IMG/VR virus record: IMGVR_UViG_3300024259_001623
Origin: a virus
Lineage: Duplodnaviria > Caudoviricetes
DNA: 64,000 nucleotides
Reading direction: 5' to 3' (one strand)
In this document: positions 41,582 through 52,356 of the stretch, one piece after another
Numbering within the stretch: the stretch's first letter is position 1
Layout of the letters: each line of letters opens with the position of its first letter
Notes under the pieces: model-generated
Told to the model about the DNA's origin: nothing
Database searches by the model: none
The model's input: only the letters and a program-made list of their open reading frames with translations
Position numbers and translations under genes: made by a program

Positions 41582-42037
41582 TTATTCTACTTTTTTACAG
41601 GGAGACTTTTTCTGCATTTTTTTCAGTGCTGCAACTTTTTCTTGTGCATATTTTACTCCGTCTTCAGCATACTCTAATTCTTTATCGAGAATAGCTTTAG
41701 GCAACTTGTAAACCCGTCGCCACACTACTTTTCGCCATTTGTCAGAGAAATTACTTAGTCTGCCAGTGTCATTTAGAAATTCGCCAGCCTCAGTAAATTT
41801 ATAATCTTCAGGGACTTCAATGTATGTCCACCTTTTGTCTACGCTATGCGACCAATGTTGTTTATACTTAATCCATCTCATTTTATTTTCCTTCTGGCAA
41901 AAACATTGCGCCCTACCATGAATATTGCTACAATGTTGGTGGTCCTTAATGCCTGTCATTTTGCTAATGCAATACGGGCATTTAGCATCACATGCAGCAG
42001 AACCAACAACAACGCTCATTGTCCTAATTTCTCTCAT
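41582..42037 (-). CDS. Radical-SAM N-terminal remnant fused in frame to a separate ORF (41582-41881)
   Basis: CDAKCPYC (Cx3Cx2C) in the first 25 aa; internal RBS and ATG at 41881. Confidence 0.55.
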   Translation of the reverse strand: MREIRTMSVVVGSAACDAKCPYCISKMTGIKDHQHCSNIHGRAQCFCQKENKMRWIKYKQHWSHSVDKRWTYIEVPEDYKFTEAGEFLNDTGRLSNFSDKWRKVVWRRVYKLPKAILDKELEYAEDGVKYAQEKVAALKKMQKKSPCKKVE

Positions 42038-42447
42038 ATCTTATCTGCCTTTTCGCAATTACAGATTGTACACATTGTTTGAAAATTTCTCAGGGAGTCT
42101 TTGCCGCCTCTTGATTTAGGAATAATATGATCCTTTGTCATAAGAATCAATTGCTGTTGATCGTCTACCGCATACAGATTGAAATGCGGAATATTTGTAT
42201 TCGGGGGCAATTCCAAAATCATTTTGGTGCCAACAATACCGCATGTAACACAAGCTAAACTCTTTTTGAAACATGAATAGCGGGCTGAAGCCATTTTAAC
42301 TTTGAAAGCTTCCCCTCTTATAACAAATTCTCTAGGAGCAGCACCAGAAGAAGTCAAGGGAAGAACTTCTTCTGGCTTAAAATCAGCTAATCTTTTGTAA
42401 CTTTTTTGGCGACCCTTTTGCCGATTGATATTTTTCTTCTTAGGCAT
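42034..42447 (-). CDS. HNH endonuclease
   Basis: TKDHIIPKSRGGKDSLRNFQTMCTICN. Confidence 0.88.
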   Translation of the reverse strand: MPKKKNINRQKGRQKSYKRLADFKPEEVLPLTSSGAAPREFVIRGEAFKVKMASARYSCFKKSLACVTCGIVGTKMILELPPNTNIPHFNLYAVDDQQQLILMTKDHIIPKSRGGKDSLRNFQTMCTICNCEKADKI

Positions 42448-44242
42448 ACTATGTCTTTCTTAACTAATGGTGGTTGCAACTATCGGTGCGACGATATTAC
42501 GAATAGTTTACCGCATGTTCGTTAAGATGATCGATGTATGCTTTCGTGGCTCGGACAAAAACGTCCTTCCTCATATCGAAAACATAATGGAACCGAGATT
42601 GATTTTTGCTTTTGTCAATACTTCCGCCCTTCCAAGACATAATGACGGGCTTCATAACGACAAAAGGAAACTGATCGACATTGGCAACTTCCATAACGCT
42701 GCCAGTACGAGAACTATCAACGTCCCTCGTGAGAACAAGGTTCTCACCGACCTTGAAAGTCTTTACCTTACGGTTCGGAACGCGGAGATTCCCCTTACGA
42801 TCCAAATGCGGACGCCTGTGATTAAAAACATGATTCATTTTCTTACCCTTTTTTGGTATCAACAGCGACCCATTCGCCGTTTTCTTGTCTTTCTACCATC
42901 ACGCTTCCATCCTCAACCATAATCAAGGCAGAAGCAATATTACCATGAATAAAATACTCACTCAAGGTGCCTACTGGCCCCTTGCCATTGTAACGCATTT
43001 CGAAGACTTTACCAGCCATCGCTTCAGGGGTGTTACATTTCTGCTGAGGAGCATCTTTCAATGCCTTCGTAATCTTCTCAACCGAATTGTGTTTACTGTA
43101 AGACGTTACGACCAAAGTAGGATATAAATCATTCATGGCAAGTTCCTTTCATCTTCACTCAATTGTTGTAGATTTTACAGGGACTATTCTTGAGTCTCGC
43201 CCTTATCCAAAAACTCTTGCATGATATCGCCGATGGATTCTTCTAGGTCCATTTCCGCTTCTTCTATACCTTGAAGAGTTCCATCCAACATGTTTTCATA
43301 TCTCTTTAGCATAGCCCATCTTACGATATCCATAAGTCTATCGCTGGCATAAACTTCAGCCTCATCAACATCAGGAGGCGTTTCTCTATCACCAGAATAG
43401 TAATGAAATTCCGTTATAACAAAACCATCAATTGTTATGTCACCAGAGAGGGTTCTCTTAGTTACTGCATTTTGAGCATAATAGATACCCAAAAGCCCAT
43501 CAAACATAACAAGAGGATCGGAATTAGGATCGGTTTGTAGCTCGATGGTCGGGGAGTCATGCATCACAAAACTCGCCTTGTCAAGCATTTTTTTGAGTTC
43601 TTTGAGTTTTTCTAGTTGTTCTGTTTCAAACATTTCTATCTCCATAAAGGATTCTTGCGAGGGTAATATCTACCTCTCGCAAAAAATCCTTTATTTTCAG
43701 GGAGAACTAGATAAACGCAACTGCAAGAGCCATCAGACCGATACCGATAAAACCAATAATCCAACGACCGATAGCAGTTCCCCAAAGATAAGTAGTCACT
43801 TCATCAATTTCCATGCCTTTTGTATCTTGCTTATAAGACTGGGCTTTGAAGATACCCATAAACATAGCAATTGCTGCGCCAACAGCAATCCCCATCTCAG
43901 GGGCTTCTACTCCAAACATGGAACCAACGACAGCAGGGACAACGACGTTCCATGCAATACTAACAATCAGTCCTTGCATGAACAGGTCCAGTGCAATCAA
44001 CACAAACCACGACATCACGAGAATAAAAGAAGCTACCATTTTGAATTCCTTTCTAGTTAAATTTCTTTGGTAGACTCAGAAAGCCTAAACTGATTAGGCG
44101 ATCTTCTATTTTTGTATAATTAGCATTCGCAAGATCATCAAATGAATATAAACTCTCTCTACTAATAGAGATAAATGTTGAATGAGCTTTGGCAATATGC
44201 CTAATCATTCTATGCATAAAAATGCCTCGGATAGCATTAGCA

Positions 44243-44578
44243 TCATTCATCTCTGATTCTCCTAAACCTTTTTTTCTTTGTCTCAGGCCATCCGACTCTA
44301 TACGCACAAATTTTCCTTACATTTTCAGGGGAAATTTTAACCGACGTTCTTTTTTGCCCGATAAAATTAAAATCGAACAATGGGATATCAGTTACATCTA
44401 CTTCATACATAAAGTATTTCCCTCTAGGAGTATACTGGAAATACTGAGACAATATGTATCTTAAAGTCCCAAGATATATGTAGTCACTTTTAGGATAAAA
44501 AGAATTTAGAGTTTTTTGATTTATTTTTATTCCGTCAATATCTAACTTCGGTGATTTAGAAGCATGATACATTTTCAT
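44243..44578 (-). CDS. Possible ART-fold small protein
   Basis: MYHAS...GI...YIYLGT pattern; weak. Confidence 0.35.
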   Translation of the reverse strand: MKMYHASKSPKLDIDGIKINQKTLNSFYPKSDYIYLGTLRYILSQYFQYTPRGKYFMYEVDVTDIPLFDFNFIGQKRTSVKISPENVRKICAYRVGWPETKKKRFRRIRDE

Positions 44579-45153
44579 ATTGTTGCCACAGCAGTAGATT
44601 CCATAATAAATTCAACAACTTCTTTTGCCTCTTTCAAATGCATATCAGTCATCATTGCACGTAAAGCCTTTATGCATCGAATCTTATTCGTTCCAGAATT
44701 CAAAGCCACAGCAACCTTGTTATAAGCTTCTCTGGGAATGGGAATTGTTCCACATTCTTTTGTTTTTACATCTATGCTTTCTTCTGTGACAAGGATATTA
44801 GGATATTTCTTATAGACCCTTAATATCAATTCAAAAGCTTTATTTTTATTTTCTAGGCTGGCAGTGTTAGACATCAACACTTCTTTTGCCAAACCGATCA
44901 TTTCCAAATAATCTCTTAATACTTCTGGGTTGACACTGTTGTCCCCCGGCTCATCATCAATCTGAACATCAATAACTTTTATCTTTGCATCTTCCCCAAG
45001 TTCCTCTTGCCATGAAGCAGCATAAGATTCAAATACCTTTTGCAAAGCATCTTCTACTTGAACTTCGCTTGGAAACTTGAGAACAGCTTCAGATACATCC
45101 CTTGACAAAGGCTGAGTCACCTGAACTGTTACTGTATATTCGTCTTTATTCAT
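44575..45153 (-). CDS. Protein with a C-terminal L7/L12-like motif
   Basis: NKIRCIKALRAMMTDMHLKEAKEVVE. Confidence 0.6.
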   Translation of the reverse strand: MNKDEYTVTVQVTQPLSRDVSEAVLKFPSEVQVEDALQKVFESYAASWQEELGEDAKIKVIDVQIDDEPGDNSVNPEVLRDYLEMIGLAKEVLMSNTASLENKNKAFELILRVYKKYPNILVTEESIDVKTKECGTIPIPREAYNKVAVALNSGTNKIRCIKALRAMMTDMHLKEAKEVVEFIMESTAVATI

Positions 45154-45407
45154 TTTGCTACCAACTGGCTTCTTTGTTGAAAGTCGCTACATAATCAATT
45201 GTATAAATAATTGCAAGTACGAGTAGGTTGATTGGGCCAAATGCTATACACATAGCCAAACATCCAATACGATGCCCTTCTGTCCATTTCAAATCATCCT
45301 TGGTGGCAACGTGTTTGTACAATGGATATGATACTAAAGCACAAATCAACCAGATTATAATAAACCATTTCATTTTATTTCCCTTTCTTTTTATTTCCCT
45401 TTCTAAG

Positions 45408-45481
45408 TCTGGGTGATAGGATTCGAACCTACGACTTTCTGCTCCCAAAGCAGACACGCTACCAAACTGCGCCACACCCAG
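45408..45481 (-). tRNA. tRNA-Pro (TGG)
   Basis: Stem TCTGC/GCAGA, loop TTTGGGA. Confidence 0.93.
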
Positions 45482-45529
45482 ATACTATTATATATAAAAT
45501 ATTTTCCGCAGTCAGGGACTGTGATAATA

Positions 45530-46423
45530 TTATTTTTTACTAGTTCCAATTGCAGTGACAGGATTCCCAATTGCAGGCTTCCATTCAGAACCATCAGAAA
45601 ACTTAACTTTGTCTAAGGTTATAATGATTTTAGCAGTTGTTTCGTGGCCGTGAAGCGTCCAAGAAGACCGTTCACTTTCTCCAGTTTCAATTGTAGTTTG
45701 AGAAATACCAGAAACAATATTGATCTTTCCAAACATTCCTGTTACAGGTTTCTTAAAACGATCAAAACATGCAATAGATACTTCATAAGCAGCTACAGAC
45801 TTTAATGATACATTCTTCATTATTATATGAGCTTCGGGATTACCTATAACATTAAAAAGAACTCCCGCATGAGTAAAAACTAAAGGAGCGTGTACATCAG
45901 GTGAAAATATAATCAAAACTCGATGCGATTTCCATAAAAATTTATTACCATTTTTATATCTTTGTATGACCTGAAAGCTTTTAGTAGATGTTGTCGTTAA
46001 AAGTTCTTGCAATCTGCCATTCAATAATAATTCTGGGTATTTATTATTGGCTACTGGGCCGATACCCAAAATTTCATCACCTTTGTCTGGGGCGTTTGGT
46101 ATCGAAGAAGCCTTCAATTTGTTTGCTAAAACTGTATCAACAACTAAATACTTAGCTAAATTTTTATCATTTATTTCTTTTTGTAATTTTTCAATTTTGG
46201 CATCACGAGATGCTATAGCAGCCTGAAGCATCTTTATTTCAGCTTTATACTGAGTAATATTAGCATCTTCACCTAAAACAACAGATGAAAAAGAAAAAAC
46301 AATCAATATTGCCATATACAACGAAATTCTTTTTTTATACATTTTCTTTCCTTTTTTTGTTCTGCCAAGCTGAACTACACCCAGAAAAATTGCTCGATCT
46401 CCCCGTCGGCCATACTGTTGCAC
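45530..46423 (-). CDS. Secreted or membrane hypothetical protein with a coiled coil
   Basis: Signal-like MYKKRISLYMAILIVFSFSSVVLG followed by a coiled coil; the true start is probably the internal Met. Confidence 0.65.
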   Translation of the reverse strand: MQQYGRRGDRAIFLGVVQLGRTKKGKKMYKKRISLYMAILIVFSFSSVVLGEDANITQYKAEIKMLQAAIASRDAKIEKLQKEINDKNLAKYLVVDTVLANKLKASSIPNAPDKGDEILGIGPVANNKYPELLLNGRLQELLTTTSTKSFQVIQRYKNGNKFLWKSHRVLIIFSPDVHAPLVFTHAGVLFNVIGNPEAHIIMKNVSLKSVAAYEVSIACFDRFKKPVTGMFGKINIVSGISQTTIETGESERSSWTLHGHETTAKIIITLDKVKFSDGSEWKPAIGNPVTAIGTSKK

Positions 46424-46679
46424 TGTAACTATGGAGCCACGTTATTGCCAATAACGCTTTCGTATGTTTTTACCCTAGGGTCTGTCCTAGTTAATCGAAC
46501 TCAACTCACACTATACTTTACTATTGAATCAAAGGACACAATTCCTTTGCATCTTCATAACATTTGATCTTGGCTTCTGCCTTGCAACCAACAAGCTTCA
46601 TTGCTCCATCTTCATTGTCTTCGCAAATCTTATTCGTGCATTTCCAACAAATCGGCTCTTTCATGGCAGTTTCCTTTTA

Positions 46680-47342
46680 TTAGCCAACAACTAACGTGTT
46701 ACCATTGACAACGACCAGAACGTTCTGGTGACTCCCAAGATTAACCTTGCGGAGAATCCTATTGGAAATCCGAATAGCGTTGTCCTTATCCACAATATAT
46801 CTCATTGCAACAGGGGTCATTGACGGCGGTGCGGAAACAACCAACTTGCTAGTCCCGACATTGACAAAAGCCGTATCACCAGGCTTCAGTCCCATCGTCT
46901 TAACCAACGCAGACCTAATCAAAAGCCTACCTCGTTGATCTACTTTGCAGCCAGGCCCGCTCATAGGAGCAGCAGGTGCCGGTGCCGGCGTCGGTGCTAT
47001 AGCATTAGTGCTTGCCACAACAGGGGCCGTGGCAGGTGCAGACTGAAGATTATCAGGATCATAATCATTCGGATGCTTACTTTGCGGATAGTAAACATAC
47101 GTATTATAGTTAGCCAAGCAAGACAAAGCCCGACCATAACCATCAAACAGATAATCATCATCGGCGCCAACCGACCAATTATCATACATTCCATGAACAA
47201 CTTTCTTGACTTCGTAATGCTTGACCGTCAACCCATGAGTGTTACGCAGAACGGACGTAACATCAAAAGCCGAGAACATCTCATCAGCCTTGACAAAGCC
47301 CTCAATAACCTCAACAATCTTGTCTCTAGTCGTTTGATCCAT
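46680..47342 (-). CDS. AbrB/SpoVT-like DNA-binding protein
   Basis: KVDQRGRLLIRSALVKTMGLKPGD and a second similar repeat. Confidence 0.6.
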   Translation of the reverse strand: MDQTTRDKIVEVIEGFVKADEMFSAFDVTSVLRNTHGLTVKHYEVKKVVHGMYDNWSVGADDDYLFDGYGRALSCLANYNTYVYYPQSKHPNDYDPDNLQSAPATAPVVASTNAIAPTPAPAPAAPMSGPGCKVDQRGRLLIRSALVKTMGLKPGDTAFVNVGTSKLVVSAPPSMTPVAMRYIVDKDNAIRISNRILRKVNLGSHQNVLVVVNGNTLVVG

Positions 47343-47629
47343 TTTCCAATTCCTTTCTAATTCTATGAGCTATAGCCCATATGTGATTTTGATTCGGGTC
47401 CATTGCAGCCTTTTCCATCAACTCTTGTATTGCTTCATTGTCAATGGGATTTTTACGACGTTGAAAATAAAGATTCTCTCCATTAGTCAGTGCGTCAGAA
47501 CCATTATCGCAAATCTGTTCCCAAAAGCTTTCCCATTCTCTGTCATCTTGGCAATAATCCAAGAGAGCTTCAATATCTTTTGTCATTTTCATAATACTAC
47601 TCTCAAAAATGGCTCGATTTTCAGGGAGA

Positions 47630-48916
47630 TTACTTTTTGAACTCGATCAAGAAAACCGGATTGACTTGATTAGTCTTATAAACAATCATCTCATTGTTTT
47701 GTACGCCGCTTCTTCCAGCCTTCGCAAAAGTAGAATTGTAACCGCTCTTAGGGAAACTGCGCCCATAAGTAGCTGGGATATATTCTTTACCCATAGCAAC
47801 TTGACATAAGAACATAAAGCAGTTGCTATCTCTTGAGCCGCCCCAATATCCATAAGCATAATTCAAGCTTTTAGTGGATTGGTCAGAAAAATAAACGCCG
47901 TTTCCATACATTCGCCCCGTGCAATGAGAAGCATTAGACGGCGGAATTACAAAACCACCTTTAAGGATAGACAGCAAATTACTAGCCCTAGTTCCATGCC
48001 ATAAATCTCTTACATTGCCAATCTTCTTACCCTTTGCATTGAAGGCATCCAGCATGAAAGCGATTGATACAGAATAGACCCTATGGACCTTCAAAGAATG
48101 ACAAACATGCATTCTATTTCTAGTCTGTCCATACAGTTTCTTGATCCGATCAACAACTTTGCCTTCAGTTACAACATCCATAGCAACATTGAAAAGCTTC
48201 TTTTCGGCGACAACAACCTTCTTGCCTTTGTCATCTTTAGCCCCAGACATTGCAGAAGCATAGGACGATTCAAGACCATCCAAAACATCATTCTGCTTTT
48301 GGACAGCCGCAAGGTCAGGCAAGAACCCCTCAACAGTAAGCTTTCTGCCTACTTCTTGGGGAATAAGCATAAGGTAATCTTCTACATGACGCCTAGTAGA
48401 AGAAAGACCAAACTTTTGCTTTGCTACTGCATCGCCAAGAGAAGCCAAAATCTTTCTGGCTTCATCAATACTGTCTTTGGTAACAATGCCTAACGGTGTC
48501 TTAAAAAGACCGCTATCAACATCAAAAGTAATCTTACCACCAGTTGCATCATAGATATTATGAGCATTTACATCGGTAAGATACTCAATAAGCTTAACAA
48601 CAACTGGATTAGTAGACTGAATCTGTCGCTTGGCAATATCTTTGAGATTGCCTTTAGCAACAACTTTACTAGACGTAGATCCGCCACTATCCAAAGTAGC
48701 TACCGCACGATAGCCTTTATTCTCTTTTTCTCGGGCTTTCTTTTCAGCGTAACGCAGTCCAACACCAGAGAAGGTCTTACTTTGCATACCTTTACCGACT
48801 CTCCCCCATTCGCATAGAACATCGTCATTATCATATAAAGTATATTGCCAAACCTTATTAGAATTCACTTCAATAGAACTCAAAACAAACTTCTTAGTTT
48901 CTACCACGTTGGGCAT
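47630..48916 (-). CDS. WGR-domain poly(ADP-ribose) polymerase-like protein
   Basis: EWGRVG (WGR); LWHGT, GNGVYFSD...KSLNY and NNEMIVY give the H-Y-E triad. Confidence 0.9.
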   Translation of the reverse strand: MPNVVETKKFVLSSIEVNSNKVWQYTLYDNDDVLCEWGRVGKGMQSKTFSGVGLRYAEKKAREKENKGYRAVATLDSGGSTSSKVVAKGNLKDIAKRQIQSTNPVVVKLIEYLTDVNAHNIYDATGGKITFDVDSGLFKTPLGIVTKDSIDEARKILASLGDAVAKQKFGLSSTRRHVEDYLMLIPQEVGRKLTVEGFLPDLAAVQKQNDVLDGLESSYASAMSGAKDDKGKKVVVAEKKLFNVAMDVVTEGKVVDRIKKLYGQTRNRMHVCHSLKVHRVYSVSIAFMLDAFNAKGKKIGNVRDLWHGTRASNLLSILKGGFVIPPSNASHCTGRMYGNGVYFSDQSTKSLNYAYGYWGGSRDSNCFMFLCQVAMGKEYIPATYGRSFPKSGYNSTFAKAGRSGVQNNEMIVYKTNQVNPVFLIEFKK

Positions 48917-49688
48917 TTGTAATTTCCTCTATAAAACAGAAAGTGTAATTTTTACATTTTCTTTTTCTTCTAATACTATTTGATATTGCTGAAGCAGTTA
49001 CCCCTAATCTCTCAGCCGCCTTGACTATACCATCAAAGACTTCACCAGTCTCTACACAAAATACACTTTTGAGCGACCAGACAGGGACTTTTCCAATTTT
49101 TGCTTGGCTCATTTTTCTTTTGTGTTCTTCTGACCATAATGAGGATGTTTCAGTCTTATCTTTTTTTATAGAAAACCATCGTCTCTTTGCTGCTTTAGAC
49201 AATTTTTGCTTATGTTCTTTTGTGAATTTTTTATTTTTCTTACCTAAAGAAATTTTATTGCGCCATTCTTTACTTCTGTTTTGTTGAGCTTGACGCATTT
49301 TTTCTTTAGTTTCTTCTGTTCTTTTTGTGCCTCTCAAAGATTTTGAAATCTTCTTTTTTGTCTCTTCAGACATATTTTTTCTGTCAGCGTTTAAAGCGTT
49401 AAATCCGAACTCTCTATCTAATGCTTTAAAATATTCTATCCAAAATTCTTCCCTCTTTAGTAAATCACTTTTGTCACATAGTTCTATTATACCAAAAATA
49501 AAACTTTTTTCTCCGTATTTGTTCCAAGAATTTTGTAAGTGCTGACTATGATGCTGATTGTTATTTAATCTGCAACGATGACCAGACCATCGTTTGCTGA
49601 TCCAAACAGCACTCCCGACATACATTTTGCCATTATCTGAACATTTTATCCCGTAAATACCAGTTTCTTTCATAATAAACCTCCACAT
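48894..49688 (-). CDS. GIY-YIG homing endonuclease with NUMOD3-type repeats
   Basis: GIYGIK...YVGSA...RW..H; SEETKKKIS, TEETKEKMR, SEEHKRKMS repeats. Confidence 0.9.
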   Translation of the reverse strand: MWRFIMKETGIYGIKCSDNGKMYVGSAVWISKRWSGHRCRLNNNQHHSQHLQNSWNKYGEKSFIFGIIELCDKSDLLKREEFWIEYFKALDREFGFNALNADRKNMSEETKKKISKSLRGTKRTEETKEKMRQAQQNRSKEWRNKISLGKKNKKFTKEHKQKLSKAAKRRWFSIKKDKTETSSLWSEEHKRKMSQAKIGKVPVWSLKSVFCVETGEVFDGIVKAAERLGVTASAISNSIRRKRKCKNYTFCFIEEITNAQRGRN

Positions 49689-51172
49689 TTAAATTCGTGA
49701 AAGTTTATCAAAATCCTCTGTTTACTTTATTGTTATTGTTGCCAATATTTGACATGACCCATTTTTTTGTTTCAACTACATTTGGCATTGTTATTCTCTC
49801 CTGCCTCTACCCTTTTCTGCTTTCTTTTTCAGGGGAAATTTCTTCTGCATAAATACCAGACCAATCAATATCTTCGTCAATTCCACTTTTTCTTTGTGAG
49901 ACATCTACGGCTGAACATATACCATATTGATTACTACCATAATCCATATAAGCCATTAACATTTCTACTGCTTGTACAGCACCATTACGAGGCAGGGTAA
50001 AAACCATTTCCGTTGCCTTAAAGGGATATCTAGACACCCTAAAAGGTCGTACTGTAACTCTAGTATACCTTGCCATCTTACTTATCCTTTTCATCTTCGA
50101 GGACTTCGATCTTCATAAGTTCCTTGTCGGTGCTGCCAAGCCAAACCGGGCAAACGCCTAACCATTTACGATATGTAATCCGAACCTTCTTACCAGCATA
50201 TCCAAACAATTCTTTGCCCAGATCATGCCGGTGAGTTGTTACTGTAAATTTGCTGTTGTTTTTCACTTCTCCGCAAAAAACATCAGCTTGATAGTCTTTC
50301 CACCAAATTCCCCCATATTCAACGCTTCCGACATAAACATCGGCATGACCTTCTTCGACTGGAATAAATCCAGTCGTAGCAGATAGAGTAATGCCAATCA
50401 AAAAAACAAAAATTGAGTATGTCATAACTACCAGCAACATCCCGCCAATCCATTCTCCAACATAATTAGAATATTTGCATTCCTTACAAAGAATCTTAAT
50501 GGCAATTGCCAAAAACACAACGCTCAACGCACAAAATAAAATAAATCCTAACATTTTTCTTCTCCTTCTAACTACTCATAAAATTACGTAATTCTGCCGT
50601 AAACTGATTAAAACAATGACTACACAAGTCTTTACAGGTTGCCCCATCATGACCATTGATCTGTATATTATTTTTGTATTGAACTGTTCCAGCACCACGA
50701 TCAGAATTCGCAGTTTACAGAATCCCACATTTATCGCACTTTAATGCAGCAGCCATTTTTTACTCCTTAAATGTAGTTCATCTGCAAAAAGAAAAAGTGA
50801 TGCAGTAATCAGGGAGAAATTTTAGTTATTAATATTTTTCCCAGAACCTTTACATTTTGGACAAATTTCAAAACAATCATTATCAAAACACGTACTTCCA
50901 TACGGCGACCCGATACTTACTTGACAAAAACCTCTACATTCAGTACATGCATCATTAATGATATTTTTTTGCGAAAAAATTTGAACCAAACAGAACAAAA
51001 CCATAGTAATAAAAAACGACAATAAAACAGATACCACACAAATTGCAAGAATTGCTATAAACATAATTACCTCCTTATAAAGAAAAAAGCCTTCCCGAAA
51101 GAAGGCTTTATCTTATTTTCCACCCAGTGTCTGCTGTTACTATATTATAGCATCGAAACACCGAAAAATCAA

Positions 51173-51988
51173 TTACCAAATCACTTTCTTTTTGGCAATC
51201 TTCATTTTAATGCTTTTGCGGAACCTTTTTACCTTCCAGTCCAGACCATGAGCAACAATCGCAACGTCTTTGTCAGACGCATTAGAATCGCCGCTACAGA
51301 GTTTACATTTCTCGCAAATCGTCTTCCTGCCGCCCTCTACTGACGCAGGACAAACTATTTCATTCTTTTGTAGTGGATCATCTTTATCCAAACGAATGCG
51401 GAAACAACGCCAACCCCTAGCTTTCGCACGATGATATTCAGCCAAAGTATCAACTGACGCCATACAAAACCGCTTTAAGTCTGCGTCACAAAAGCTCTTT
51501 GCCCAATGATGAGTGTAGCCAGTCCAGCCTGCTGCGTTCCTAGTAATGGCTTCCCATACTTCCATAGGAACTGCGGAAGGATCACCGTAAGAACCCATTC
51601 TGACCACACTTTCATGGAACAGACGGACATTAACAGTGTTAGGAAATTCATACTTGCGATTTTTCCAAGCATTCCAAATATTATTCGGAGCATGGAAAGC
51701 CCTGGTATAACATGTTCCCCAACCGCCATTTGCAACAGAACTATGTTTACAATCGCCACAGACAGAACAGTCCTGACCCTTCATATATGCATCAAGGGGG
51801 CTTTTTCGAGCCGGCAATATCCAAGTCTGAATTTCGTCGCCAGTCTTTTCATTGTCGCTACCATTAAAACCAGTACTAATAACAACAATCTCTTTATTAT
51901 CGATAAGGCTAGGACCCCGATACAAAACAACACCCTGCGTAAGTTTTACTCGCGGATTCGCAATCGAATACATACTAAAGCCTTTCAA
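51173..51988 (-). CDS. Cys-rich phage protein (Gp88-like, putative Fe-S)
   Basis: CSVCGDC...TC; RMGSYGDP; CPAS...CEKCKLC. Confidence 0.45.
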   Translation of the reverse strand: MKGFSMYSIANPRVKLTQGVVLYRGPSLIDNKEIVVISTGFNGSDNEKTGDEIQTWILPARKSPLDAYMKGQDCSVCGDCKHSSVANGGWGTCYTRAFHAPNNIWNAWKNRKYEFPNTVNVRLFHESVVRMGSYGDPSAVPMEVWEAITRNAAGWTGYTHHWAKSFCDADLKRFCMASVDTLAEYHRAKARGWRCFRIRLDKDDPLQKNEIVCPASVEGGRKTICEKCKLCSGDSNASDKDVAIVAHGLDWKVKRFRKSIKMKIAKKKVIW

Positions 51989-52356
51989 TAAAAGAGTTTA
52001 CGCCGAAGTTTACTGACGACTCCCCCACACTTTTTCGCTCCCATTTTCAGGGAGAAATTACATTTTGACTAGGGGAAGTTATTAATTGCACTGTACTAGA
52101 TTTAATAAAATTAACTTACTTCTTATTGTCATAACTCTAATTATCTTGTAACTACAGTTATGATAACAAGTTATGAATGCTAAGTCCTAAAGCTGTTTTT
52201 TATGTTAAGACTTAATATATTGATTGTATAACATCTCTTTCGCAAAATTTTATTTACTTAGAATTATAAACCGTTATAGAATAAGTAGTTACAAAATCAT
52301 TTTTGCACTTATTTAACTGCTACTAATCTATAAATTATAACGAAGTTAATATACTT

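Noticed and set aside
47630-49688. Group I intron carrying the GIY-YIG gene within the PARP gene
   Set aside because: The PARP ORF is complete from the WGR domain to the catalytic Glu. The nuclease only overlaps its start by 23 nt, so it is free-standing.
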